From contig OY968796.1 of assembly GCA_963695545.1 (NCBI GenBank), positions 4,064,001 through 4,128,000 of the forward strand: 64,000 bases of DNA. The letters run 5' to 3'. Below the pieces are notes generated by a model. That model did not search any database. It saw nothing but the letters and a program-made list of their open reading frames with translations, and was not told where the DNA came from. Origin of the DNA: Terriglobia bacterium (GTDB lineage: Bacteria; Acidobacteriota; Terriglobia; Acidiferrales; UBA7541). A program made the translations under genes and the position numbers. Below, one piece after another: positions 8,290 through 18,273 of this stretch (positions within the stretch are counted from its first letter, which is position 1; each line of letters opens with the position of its first letter).

Positions 8290-10956
8290 ATGCGCAAAAA
8301 ACGCGCGAAGATTTGCGGTTTGGCGTTGCTGAGCTTGGTCGCTGCGTCGTGGTCGCCGCTTTTCTCGCAAGATTCCCAAACCGATCAAACCGCCAATGCG
8401 GACGCAGTGCCCTTGCAGGTGATCGTCGTGCGTACGGCGGAAGAGGCGCAAGCGGTCCTCGTCCGACTAAAGAAGGGCGAAGATTTTGGCGCGCTGGCCA
8501 AAGAGCTATCCATTGACCCGACCGCGGATGCGGGCGGCTTCATCGGTAACGTTTCGCCCAGTTCGCTGCGAGCCGAACTGAGAGACGCCTTGAGCGGCGT
8601 TGGCCCCGGACAGGTCACCGGCATCGTACAAATTCCTAGTGGCTATGCGATCCTAAAAATCATGGCGAATGGCGGCAGCGGGAAAACTTTTGGAACGTCC
8701 AGCATGGGTGAGGCGCCCGTCGATCCCGCGAGAAGTTTCGACCTGGGTGCCGGCGGTGCGGTGAAATACACGCTCCAAATTGACGGCGATAGCGAAGCCT
8801 TGGCCGTTCTGAACCATTATCCGAAGCCCGCGGGGTGGAATGCCGATCCTCACACCGTGTGCGCGATGCGCACGCAATCGATGGCGGACATGATCGCGAG
8901 ATTTAGCCGCCTGGTCGCGCCGGAGAATCTGGCGGCTCTCGAAAGCCACGGGACCATGGAAGTCATGGAAGCGCATATCGGACTCGGGCAACTTTATTCC
9001 TACCAGGGCGACTTGGCGCCCGCGATTGCGCAGTATCAAGCGGCCTACCAAATCGCGCTCTCCGACATTCCCCCTGCCGTTTCTCAGATGGAAGAATCGC
9101 TCGGAATTCTATATCTGCATAAGTCGGGAGTGGACAACGACGTGCCCCGGGCTCCGGGCGCAAGGTGTCTGTTTCCGATGCGCCCTCAGGACGCGTATAA
9201 GAACACCGCGGATTCCCAGAAGGCGGTGGAGTACTTCCTCAAATATCTCGCAAATAAGCCGGATGAATTGGAAGTCAAATGGCTGCTCAACTTGGCTTAC
9301 ATGACGATGGGAAAATACCCCGGCGGTGTTCCGCCGAAGTACCTGATTCCGCTCTCCACATTTGAATCCAAAGAAAACGTGGGGCGATTTATAGACGTGG
9401 CGCCCGCGGCTGGCCTCGATTCTTTTTCGGAAGCGGGGGGCGTGATCGTAGACGATTTCGAGAACAACGGGCGTTTCGATGTGGTGACCTCGAGCTTCGA
9501 TAGCTGCAACTCGCTGCGCTACTTTCACAACAATGGCGACGGTACATTCACCGACCAGACGGAAAAATCGGAATTGTCCGGAGTGGTCGGCGGTCTCAAC
9601 ATTATGCAGACCGACTACAACAACGACGGATGTCTCGATATCCTCGTGCTTCGCGGGGCGTGGGAGTTTCCGCAGGCCATCTCTTTGCTGCGAGGCAATT
9701 GCGACGGCACTTTCACCGACGTCACGCAAGAGAGCGGCCTGGGCGGCGTGCTGACCACTTCACAGGCGGGCGTCTGGGCCGACATCAATAATGACGGATG
9801 GCTCGATCTGTTCATCGCCAACGAAAATGGGCCTGCCAATCTGTTTCTGAACAAGGGGGACGGCACGTTTCAAGATATCGCTGAGTCCGCGGGAGTCGCC
9901 GGTGATGGCACGGCATACGCGAAAGGCGTCACCGCCGCTGACTACGACAACGACGGATTTGTGGACTTCTACGTCTCCAATATGACTGGGTCAAACTTTC
10001 TCTACCACAACAATCACGACAATACTTTCACCGACGTGGCGGAGAAGGCGGGTGTACAAGGCAACGGTAGGGGCTTCGCTACCTGGTTCTTCGATTACGA
10101 TAACGATGGATTTCCGGATATTTTCGTCAGCAGCTTCATCATTTCGGACGATGAAACCATGCGGACATATCTGGGTCTCCCCCACAACGCAACCACGCTA
10201 AAGCTTTACAAGAATCTTGGAGACGGCACATTTCGCGATGTCACGAAGGAAGTCGGGCTCGACAAGGTGTTCATGCCCATGGGAGCAAATTTCGGCGACG
10301 TCGATAATGACGGATATCCGGACATCTACCTTGGCACGGGGAGTCCCTCTTACGGTTCTCTAGTGCCTAACGTCCTGCTTCGTAACGATGAGGGCAAACA
10401 TTTCACCGACATCACGGCCTCATCCGGCACGGGCGAACTTCACAAAGGTCACGGCATCGCTTTCGCAGATCTTACGAACACCGGGAACGAAGACATCATC
10501 GCGGAGATTGGCGGAGCCACGCCGGGCGATCGCCATGCGCTGCGCCTTTTTGAAAATCCGGGCCACGACAACGATTGGATCGCCTTGAAACTTGTGGGAG
10601 TCAAAACAAATCGCGCGGCCATCGGCGCGCGCATCAAAGTTACCGTGGAGAACAAGGGCCAGGGCGTGCGCTCGATCTACAGCACCGTGGGCAGCGCCGG
10701 ATCGTTTGGCGCGTCCCCGCTTGAGCAGCACATTGGCTTGGGAAAATCGGCCACCATCCGCAGCATCGAGATTTTTTGGCCGGTCAGCGGAACGCATCAG
10801 GTTTTTTCCAACGTGGGCAAGAATCAATTCCTCCAAATTACGGAGCTGGCAGACAGCTACACGAAGCTAGACCGCAAGCCCGTGCGCCTGGGCGGACCGC
10901 GAAACAGCGTGGCCGCCATTTCTAAATCGGTGGCAGAGAGTTCCGCGTCACGGTAG
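8290..10956 (+). CDS. Secreted parvulin (PpiC)-TPR-FG-GAP repeat-ASPIC/UnbV (CRTAC1-like) protein
   Basis: Signal peptide; GEDFGALAKELSIDPTADAGGFIG (rotamase); TPR-like helices; repeated DxNNDGxxD and NxGDGTFxDVT motifs; LVGVKTNRAAIGARIKV...HIGLG (ASPIC/UnbV). Confidence 0.85.
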   Translation: MRKKRAKICGLALLSLVAASWSPLFSQDSQTDQTANADAVPLQVIVVRTAEEAQAVLVRLKKGEDFGALAKELSIDPTADAGGFIGNVSPSSLRAELRDALSGVGPGQVTGIVQIPSGYAILKIMANGGSGKTFGTSSMGEAPVDPARSFDLGAGGAVKYTLQIDGDSEALAVLNHYPKPAGWNADPHTVCAMRTQSMADMIARFSRLVAPENLAALESHGTMEVMEAHIGLGQLYSYQGDLAPAIAQYQAAYQIALSDIPPAVSQMEESLGILYLHKSGVDNDVPRAPGARCLFPMRPQDAYKNTADSQKAVEYFLKYLANKPDELEVKWLLNLAYMTMGKYPGGVPPKYLIPLSTFESKENVGRFIDVAPAAGLDSFSEAGGVIVDDFENNGRFDVVTSSFDSCNSLRYFHNNGDGTFTDQTEKSELSGVVGGLNIMQTDYNNDGCLDILVLRGAWEFPQAISLLRGNCDGTFTDVTQESGLGGVLTTSQAGVWADINNDGWLDLFIANENGPANLFLNKGDGTFQDIAESAGVAGDGTAYAKGVTAADYDNDGFVDFYVSNMTGSNFLYHNNHDNTFTDVAEKAGVQGNGRGFATWFFDYDNDGFPDIFVSSFIISDDETMRTYLGLPHNATTLKLYKNLGDGTFRDVTKEVGLDKVFMPMGANFGDVDNDGYPDIYLGTGSPSYGSLVPNVLLRNDEGKHFTDITASSGTGELHKGHGIAFADLTNTGNEDIIAEIGGATPGDRHALRLFENPGHDNDWIALKLVGVKTNRAAIGARIKVTVENKGQGVRSIYSTVGSAGSFGASPLEQHIGLGKSATIRSIEIFWPVSGTHQVFSNVGKNQFLQITELADSYTKLDRKPVRLGGPRNSVAAISKSVAESSASR

Positions 10957-11003
10957 CAAAGTTTTGACGTGCCGCATTTAATGCAGTCACTAGGAGCTGA
11001 CCT

Positions 11004-13025
11004 ATGTCCAACGCTACCCGACGCGACTTTTTGAAGACCCTTGGCGCTGCTGCAGCGCTTTCCGCATCAAGCCTGAACGCTTCGATCCCAGTGGCGGCTT
11101 CCACGGACGGGCTCCCAGCGACGGAATTTTTCCCCAACCGGCAACCTCTCGGTAAAGCCGCGTTTTATGCGCTTCCCTTGACCTCAGTTCGACCCAAAGG
11201 TTGGCTGTTGAAGCAGCTTGAAATTCAAGGAGGCGGGCTGGGCGGCCACCTGGATGAATTCTGGCCGGATGTGGGCCCCGATAGCGGATGGCTTGGGGGC
11301 AGCGGCGAATCCTGGGAGCGCGGCCCTTATTTCCTGGATGGACTGGTGCCCCTCGCGTACTTGCTGAACGACGATCGATTGATTGCGAAGTCCCAGAAGT
11401 GGCTGGACTGGACACTCGAAAATCAACAAGCCAACGGAATGATCGGTCCCACGAAGAACGACGACTGGTGGCCGCGCATCGTCATGCTGAAAGTCCTGAC
11501 GCAATATCAGGAAGCGACGGCAGACCCGCGCGTGATTCCGGTGATGCAAAAATACTTCGCGTCCCAACTTTCGGAATTGCCGAACCGCCCGCTGCGCGAC
11601 TGGGGCAGATATCGATGGCAGGATGAAGTTGCCAGTGTGGTGTGGCTTTACAACCGGACGGGAGACCAGGATCTGCTGCGCCTCGCGGAGATCCTTCATC
11701 AGCAAGGGTATGATTGGAACGCGCAGTTTGAGCATTTCACCTACACAAGCAAAATGACTCCGCAGGAACTCGGGCTGCACCACGGAAGCCTTCCTCCCGA
11801 TGTTGCCATGCAGGCTCACGGCGTGAATAACGCTATGGCTCTGAAGTCATCAGCACTGTGGTGGCTGGTTTCAGGCGACGAATCCTACCGAGATGGGGTT
11901 AACCGGCAGCTCGCCGCGCTCGATAAGTATCACGGCATTCCCAACGGCATGTTCAGCGCCGACGAGCATTTCGCGGGGAGAAATCCCACGCAAGGAATTG
12001 AGCTCTGCGCCGTCGTCGAGAACATGTTTTCGCACGAGCATGCGATGGCCGTGTTGGGCGATCCGTTGCTGGGCGATCGCCTGGAGAGGATCGCCTTTAA
12101 TGCCCTCCCAGGAACCTTCCGGGATGATATGTGGTCTCATCAGTACGATCAACAACCCAATCAGATTGAATGTAATTTGAGCCAGCGTCCGTGGACGTCA
12201 AACGGACCCGAATCGAATCTGTATGGTTTGGAACCCAACTTCGGCTGCTGCACGGCAAACTTTCATCAAGGGTGGCCAAAGTTTACGTCTCACCTTTGGA
12301 TGGCGGGCGCGAATGGCGGCGTTGCGGCGGTTGCGTACACGCCGTGCGAGTTGAAAACGAAGATTGGCAATGTTCCCGTGACCATCGAAGAGCGGACCGC
12401 ATATCCGTTTGATGGCGATATTCTTTTGACCGTCCGACCTCAAGTTGCTGTGCGATTCCCTCTGGCGCTGCGCGTCCCTGGCTGGGCGGAAAATCCGACT
12501 ATCCGAGTGAATGGCAAAGCCATCGAATCGGTTCGCGCCGGCAAATTCGCCGTGATCGATCGAGAATGGCAATCGAGCGACCGAGTCGAGCTGAATTTCC
12601 CGATGAAGCCAAGCGTCTCTCGTGCTTACAACAACGCCGTGGTGATTGAACGCGGTCCCATCATCTACTCGCTCGACGTTGCGACAGACTGGCGGAAGCT
12701 GAGGCCTCGCGGCATGACCGCAGATTGGGAAGCGTATCCGCAATCCGATTGGAATTACGCTTTGGATGTCAACGAGCGCACCGTCGCGGCGGCGATAGAG
12801 ATAAAAGGATCTGCTTCGGACCAAGGAATCTTCACCGCAGAAGGAGCTCCAGTAAAAATCGAGATTCAAGGCAGGAAGTTGCCGGAATGGATGGCCGCGG
12901 ATGGGTGCGCTGGAGAACTCCCGCAAAGTCCGGTATCGAGCGATCAAGCGCGAGAGACTGTGACGCTAGTCCCGTACGGCTCAGCTAAGCTGAGAATAAC
13001 GGCGTTTCCCGAACTCGCTGGATGA
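11004..13025 (+). CDS. GH127/GH146-like beta-L-arabinofuranosidase, Tat-exported
   Basis: TRRDFLK Tat motif; HGVNNAM, SADEHF, IELCAVVE, ERIAFNALP, CCTANFHQGW, TAYPF, LRVPGW. Confidence 0.88.
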   Translation: MSNATRRDFLKTLGAAAALSASSLNASIPVAASTDGLPATEFFPNRQPLGKAAFYALPLTSVRPKGWLLKQLEIQGGGLGGHLDEFWPDVGPDSGWLGGSGESWERGPYFLDGLVPLAYLLNDDRLIAKSQKWLDWTLENQQANGMIGPTKNDDWWPRIVMLKVLTQYQEATADPRVIPVMQKYFASQLSELPNRPLRDWGRYRWQDEVASVVWLYNRTGDQDLLRLAEILHQQGYDWNAQFEHFTYTSKMTPQELGLHHGSLPPDVAMQAHGVNNAMALKSSALWWLVSGDESYRDGVNRQLAALDKYHGIPNGMFSADEHFAGRNPTQGIELCAVVENMFSHEHAMAVLGDPLLGDRLERIAFNALPGTFRDDMWSHQYDQQPNQIECNLSQRPWTSNGPESNLYGLEPNFGCCTANFHQGWPKFTSHLWMAGANGGVAAVAYTPCELKTKIGNVPVTIEERTAYPFDGDILLTVRPQVAVRFPLALRVPGWAENPTIRVNGKAIESVRAGKFAVIDREWQSSDRVELNFPMKPSVSRAYNNAVVIERGPIIYSLDVATDWRKLRPRGMTADWEAYPQSDWNYALDVNERTVAAAIEIKGSASDQGIFTAEGAPVKIEIQGRKLPEWMAADGCAGELPQSPVSSDQARETVTLVPYGSAKLRITAFPELAG

Positions 13026-13094
13026 TCCGGCTTAGAAACGCCCGTGCTGGGGCAGAAGGTCACCGATAATTTCATCGCCCTGACTTAGCGTCCG

Positions 13095-15230
13095 TCACTG
13101 CAGCGTCGAGACTCGAATATACTCGAACTTGGCGGTGTAACCTGCGAGGTTTCCCGCGAAAAGACAGATCTTCGCCGCAGGACCCAACGCGTGGACCCAT
13201 GTCCCACTCTCAATCCAATTCACGTCATCCGCGCTGCTATACGCCGTGAAGTGCTCCTGGCCGTTTACGTTTCTCTTGACGACGCGCAGCCAGGCACTCA
13301 CACCGGTGGAGATGGCCGGGGGCCCCAAGTCGGTCGCGCCCCAGGTTGGATATCCCGGAGCCGGCGACGTTTCTGCATTGATGAATTCGATTTGGCGGGT
13401 GTCGCTGTTGGAGTATAGGTCCAGACGGACATAGTCGTTGTCGTCGCCATCGATCAACAGGCCGGCCTGGGCATAATTGAAATTGCTGCCCGTAATCGGC
13501 AGGTTGATGGTCAGTTCCGTTTCCACGATGTAATCGCCGCCGGGAGAATTTTCCGCCAGTAAAGGAACGCTTGCCATCGCGTTCGTCGTATCGAATCCAA
13601 CGGTTTGGACCTGATATCCGCTCCCCGCGAGGGTGTACGGCGGCGTGCTGTGGATAAAAGACCATTGAGCACTTAATGTTGAGCCGGTGAATGAATCCGA
13701 CAGCGCCGCGATAGCGGTGCGAGCGGCATCCTGCTTCGCCAGAACTGTAGAGTAGTCGCTGGTCCCATTAGGCTGTGCGGCTGGAAGTGGTTGCGGTGCC
13801 GCTTGATCGGAAGGTCCGAATCCGCCGCGGGCCACAGGCCAGCCGTTCACCCAGTCGATGGCATCGATATACGCAGGCCTCGCGGTGTAACCCACGTCGC
13901 CCGCGTAATACGGGCTGGTGCTTATGATTCCGTGATAAAGGATATACGTCTGGCCGGATTCATCCGTGAAGATCACATTCCCGCCTGGGCCAATGACGCT
14001 ATTGCCATTCATCTTGATCACAGGAGTCCCGCCGACGTTGGTCGCAGTCATGGATATGCCCTGAGCATCCAGGTATGGGCCCGCGGGGATGGTCGAACGG
14101 CCAACGAAGACACCGTAGCCGGAGAGCGGACCGTTGCAGCAGTTGGTCGACGATGCAAAGAGGTAGTAGTAGCCGCCTCGATACCACCAATTCCCGCCCT
14201 CGTAGCGGTTGTCGATTGCAATCTGCTGTTCGGTCGCCGGGTTCGAGGTTAGCCCGTCCGCGGATAGCTGGCGCACGAATATGCCTCCGGTAAAACTGCC
14301 GAAAAGAATCCATCTTTGGCCGGACGCGTCCTGGATTTCATCCGGATCGATCGTGGACCGATAGGCTCCGTCACAGCAGTTGGTGGCCACTGCTGGCTCC
14401 ACGACCGGACTTCCGGAATCGACAAAAGGGCCGGCCGGACTTGCGCCGGTGCCAACGCCAATCGCTGAAGCGCCGCCGGCCAGGCTCGTGGCGGAGGCTG
14501 CATAATAGAGATAGTACTGACCATTGAAGTATTTGATCGCGGGCGCCCACAAGGATGCGCCATTCACATTGGCCCAGGAAGGCAAGCTGGAGAACGCATT
14601 GCCCACGTAGGTCCAATTCACCAAGTCCGAAGACTGGAAAATGTTGATGTAGTGCGGATTCGGATCGCCTGCGTAGAGCGCGTCGCTCGTGCAATAGAGG
14701 TACCACGTGTCCACGCCGCCGCTCTGATACTTGTAAATTGCGGGGTCAGCGCAACTCACCGCCGGGAGAATATTCGTTACCTTGAGCGCGAGCGGATTGG
14801 TGTATGTCGAGGCGGCCGAGGCGCTGATGCGCACATTCGCTGCCATAGATGATGTAGAGGAGGTGTAGTTTGCATCGCCGCTATAGCTCGCTGTAATCGA
14901 GTTGGCACCGATGGGAAGCAATGTCGAAGTAAAATCTCCAACGCCGGTCGGGTCCAGGGACGCTGTGCCCAACGTCGTCAAGCCATTCGCAAAAGTGACT
15001 GTGCCAGTCGGCACGGCAGGGCCCGCGCCGGACTCTGCGGTAACTGTGGCTACAAGTTCAACCGGCAATCCCTGCGTCGAGGTCGGCGCGGATGCAGTGA
15101 GGATCACAGAACTCGCCGCGGCAGTCGGAGTCGGAATGAGACTGCTTCCACCTCCACTGGAGCATCCAGCGATGGAACCGGTAACCGCGAACAGGATCGC
15201 CGTTAGAATGAATGAAAGATGACCGCGCAT
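13095..15230 (-). CDS. Lipoprotein GH43 glycoside hydrolase with N-terminal Ig-like domain and C-terminal beta-sandwich
   Basis: Lipobox IAGC; PTGTVTF..ITASYSGDANY (Ig-like); CADPAI, WAPAI, IDPDEI, YEG, GPGGN GH43 propeller motifs. Confidence 0.9.
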   Translation of the reverse strand: MRGHLSFILTAILFAVTGSIAGCSSGGGSSLIPTPTAAASSVILTASAPTSTQGLPVELVATVTAESGAGPAVPTGTVTFANGLTTLGTASLDPTGVGDFTSTLLPIGANSITASYSGDANYTSSTSSMAANVRISASAASTYTNPLALKVTNILPAVSCADPAIYKYQSGGVDTWYLYCTSDALYAGDPNPHYINIFQSSDLVNWTYVGNAFSSLPSWANVNGASLWAPAIKYFNGQYYLYYAASATSLAGGASAIGVGTGASPAGPFVDSGSPVVEPAVATNCCDGAYRSTIDPDEIQDASGQRWILFGSFTGGIFVRQLSADGLTSNPATEQQIAIDNRYEGGNWWYRGGYYYLFASSTNCCNGPLSGYGVFVGRSTIPAGPYLDAQGISMTATNVGGTPVIKMNGNSVIGPGGNVIFTDESGQTYILYHGIISTSPYYAGDVGYTARPAYIDAIDWVNGWPVARGGFGPSDQAAPQPLPAAQPNGTSDYSTVLAKQDAARTAIAALSDSFTGSTLSAQWSFIHSTPPYTLAGSGYQVQTVGFDTTNAMASVPLLAENSPGGDYIVETELTINLPITGSNFNYAQAGLLIDGDDNDYVRLDLYSNSDTRQIEFINAETSPAPGYPTWGATDLGPPAISTGVSAWLRVVKRNVNGQEHFTAYSSADDVNWIESGTWVHALGPAAKICLFAGNLAGYTAKFEYIRVSTLQ

Positions 15231-15352
15231 TGAAGCTTCCTTGCGTTGGCCGATCCAGGAAGTAGACTTTGTAGGCTGCTGCCCTGTAAGCGCCGAATTG
15301 CAACCAAGACCATCGGTGCTGCTTCGAGCCCCGTATGCTGTCTACGTCGGTT

Positions 15353-16474
15353 TCACATTGGATGTCCGCGGCCGGTCAGCTCTCGGATCAAATCTATTTC
15401 GTGCTGTCGATACGGAGTGCCGTCCTGGCGAAAAATATCGTGAAACCAGACCATCGGCTGCTCCAACACATATGGGCGCTGCCAAGAGTTCCACGGAAGA
15501 TAGGTCTGCGTCTTGCCCGCGACGAAGCCCCAATTGATTGCGCCCACGTTGTAGCGCTTTGCGATCGGCAGTGAGTTGTCAAAAGTGCTGCCCGCGCCGC
15601 GCGCCATGTACTCCGTGCAAATGATCGGCCGCCCCAGCGGGAGTAGCTCCTTAATGCGCGCCTCAAATGCCTCCGGCCAATCGTAGTTGTGGAAGGTAAT
15701 GATGTCGGATTCCGCGAGCTGGATCTTGGTCGTGGCGCTTTCTCGATCCGCGTGCGACCAGTCCCCGCTCCAGACGCCGCTCGTGAGCGGTTGAATCGGA
15801 TGCTCAGCTCTCGCCCAAGCGAAAGCTTTTGGCAACAGGGCATCGACCAACTCCACTTTGTTGGGAGGTTCCTCAGACTTGTAAACGCCGTTGACGTTGT
15901 CGGGTTCGTTCCACACGTCCCACGCGAGAATGCGCTTGTCATTCGCGAATGCGCCCACCACGCCCAGCACGTAGGCTTCGAGTTTTGGCTCGTATACGGG
16001 ATCGGAGAGACCCTTCGCGCCTGGGCTCTGGACCCAGCCGGAGTTATGCACGCCGGGAATCGGCGGATGCTGCGGCCCCAGTTTAGGCAGCGGATCCCAA
16101 CAGGAATCGAAGAGCACAAAGATCGGCCGGATGCCGTGGCGCGATGCGATCGTCAGAAATTCGTCGAGACGTTTCGTGAATCCGGCAGGGTCCTGTTCCC
16201 AGAGTTGATCCTGCAGGAAAACGCGCATCGTGTTCATGCCGATGCTCTCGGCCCAGCCCAACTCCTTGTCATTCAGTTGCGGATTCCATGTGGCGGCCTG
16301 GAACATTTCAAGCTGGTTGATCGCGTCCGACGGCACAAAATTCGACCCGACCAGCCACGGCTGTTGCGCGTACCAGGCGTTAGCTTGTTCGGCCGTCCAA
16401 CGAGCGGGTTCCTGCGCGAATGCGCCCGTTGCCGCAAACAGGGCCGCAAGCAATATGAACGATCTGAGTTTCAT
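15353..16474 (-). CDS. GH5-type (clan A) glycoside hydrolase, probably GH5_13-like furanosidase
   Basis: Signal peptide; GMNTMRVFL, WDVWNEP (acid/base), TFHNY, ICTEYMAR (nucleophile); subfamily assignment is from recollection. Confidence 0.85.
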   Translation of the reverse strand: MKLRSFILLAALFAATGAFAQEPARWTAEQANAWYAQQPWLVGSNFVPSDAINQLEMFQAATWNPQLNDKELGWAESIGMNTMRVFLQDQLWEQDPAGFTKRLDEFLTIASRHGIRPIFVLFDSCWDPLPKLGPQHPPIPGVHNSGWVQSPGAKGLSDPVYEPKLEAYVLGVVGAFANDKRILAWDVWNEPDNVNGVYKSEEPPNKVELVDALLPKAFAWARAEHPIQPLTSGVWSGDWSHADRESATTKIQLAESDIITFHNYDWPEAFEARIKELLPLGRPIICTEYMARGAGSTFDNSLPIAKRYNVGAINWGFVAGKTQTYLPWNSWQRPYVLEQPMVWFHDIFRQDGTPYRQHEIDLIRELTGRGHPM

Positions 16475-16503
16475 GACAGTCTCCTAATTCATCTTGACGC
16501 AAG

Positions 16504-18168
16504 TTAACCCAGCTGAATGTTCACTGCCGCCACGGATGCCGGCGGAAACTCGATCATCAAAGACCCTCCCTTTACGCTGAGAGGTTTCGTCTGGGGAACG
16601 ACCACATCCGGTTGATCGAATGAATTGTGCGCGTGAACGTCGGCGTTGCTCAAAAATCTCATGCTCGCTTCCTCAGCCGTTGCTCCTCGCAGCGCAATTT
16701 CCGCCAAGCGAGGTTCGCTGACACTCGGATTGACGACGGTGATCGTTAGAGTCTTGTCGCGCACAGAGGCAGAGCCGCGCAAGCCCCAGAATGTCGCCGA
16801 ACTTCCGTCACGATCGTAGTTCAACGTGGGCGCGGAGAAAATCGTGCGCAGCGACTGCCCGCCCTGGTGATCGGAATACAAATCGAAAACGTGGCCGACC
16901 GGTGTGACGATGAACTTATCTTCATGCGCGAGGTACAGGCTGTTTAAGCAGTTGATCAGCTGCGCGCAATTCGCCATCGCGATTTTTTCGGGATTCCTGT
17001 TGAAGATGTCCAGCGTCATTCCGCTGAACACCGCGTCTCGCAACGTGGGCGTCTGCTCGAATAGATCGCCGGGAGTGGCCTCGCTACCAGGGCGGTACCA
17101 CGGGCCCCATTCATCCACCACCAGCTTCACGCGATGATCGGGATCGAATTCGCTCATCACTTGCCAGTGGCCCGTGACCAATCCCTCCATCCGGTCTCCT
17201 TGGCGCAGCAGCTCGTACCAATCAACGGAATCAAACTTCAGCGCGTCCCCTTTCGCAGCCACCCAGTCCGTTGTTTTTCCGCGGCTCATGTCCCACGCGT
17301 AGTGATGCAGCGCCATGCCGTAGATGCTGTTCAGCTGGTCGGGACCTTTCAGCAAAACTTCCGTCAGAAATCCCCTGGTCCAATTCCAATCGTCGGTGTT
17401 CGGTCCTGAGGCGATCAGATGCAAAGTGTCTCCGTATGCGGGAAGCCACGTTGCATACCGGCGGAACTGCACGGCGTACTCTTGGGGCGTGAACTCGCCG
17501 CCGCAGCCCCACGATTCGTTCCCGACTCCCCAATACTTCACGCCGAAAGGATCTGGATACCCGGCCGCCGCGCGCGCATCGGCCAACGTGGTAGTCCCCG
17601 CCGGAGAATTGCAGTATTCCACCCATTGCTGGAAGGCCGACGCCGGCAGCGTCCTCACGTTAGCGGCGAGATAAGGTTCCGCGCCGATGAGCTTGCAGAA
17701 GTGCACGAATTCATCCGTCCCAACCTGATTGGGATCGTAACTGTGCTCCGGCGGCGCATCCTTCGATTCGGAGTTTGCCCAGAAGTTCGTACGACGAGGG
17801 CGTTTATCGGCGGGCCCGATGCCGTCACGCCAATCGTAACTGTCCGCAAAGCATCCGCCTGGATAGCGGATAACGGGGGCCTTGATCTTGCGCATGTGTT
17901 CGATCAGGCTCTTGCGAAGTCCATCGATGTTCGGCACGGAGGAATTTTCCCCGACCCAAACGCCGTCATACAGCACGCCGCCGAGATTCTCCGTGAAATG
18001 GCCGTAGATGGTTGGAGAAATCGTGCCAAGCGGCCCATCAAAAAGAACTTCGATACAGGAATCCGCCGCAGCTGAATTGGCGGCAGCAGCCCAGCCGATC
18101 TTTTGTGCGAGTAAGAGTGCGGCAGCTCCTAGCGCTCCCTGCTGCAGGAAATCACGCCGCTTGATCAT
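16504..18168 (-). CDS. abfA: GH51 alpha-L-arabinofuranosidase, Tat-exported
   Basis: KRRDFLQ; IYGHFTENLG, RYPGGCFAD, GTDEF, WGVGNESWGCGG, VVDEWG, MANCAQLIN. Confidence 0.93.
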   Translation of the reverse strand: MIKRRDFLQQGALGAAALLLAQKIGWAAAANSAAADSCIEVLFDGPLGTISPTIYGHFTENLGGVLYDGVWVGENSSVPNIDGLRKSLIEHMRKIKAPVIRYPGGCFADSYDWRDGIGPADKRPRRTNFWANSESKDAPPEHSYDPNQVGTDEFVHFCKLIGAEPYLAANVRTLPASAFQQWVEYCNSPAGTTTLADARAAAGYPDPFGVKYWGVGNESWGCGGEFTPQEYAVQFRRYATWLPAYGDTLHLIASGPNTDDWNWTRGFLTEVLLKGPDQLNSIYGMALHHYAWDMSRGKTTDWVAAKGDALKFDSVDWYELLRQGDRMEGLVTGHWQVMSEFDPDHRVKLVVDEWGPWYRPGSEATPGDLFEQTPTLRDAVFSGMTLDIFNRNPEKIAMANCAQLINCLNSLYLAHEDKFIVTPVGHVFDLYSDHQGGQSLRTIFSAPTLNYDRDGSSATFWGLRGSASVRDKTLTITVVNPSVSEPRLAEIALRGATAEEASMRFLSNADVHAHNSFDQPDVVVPQTKPLSVKGGSLMIEFPPASVAAVNIQLG

Positions 18169-18273
18169 GTCGGTTCCCTCCGGCGCTCACTGTGGATTGC
18201 CGTTTGCAAGTGACGATCCCAAAAGAAGGATGTCGGCGAAGAATGCTTGCGCGAAATAGTTCACCCGCTTTTG

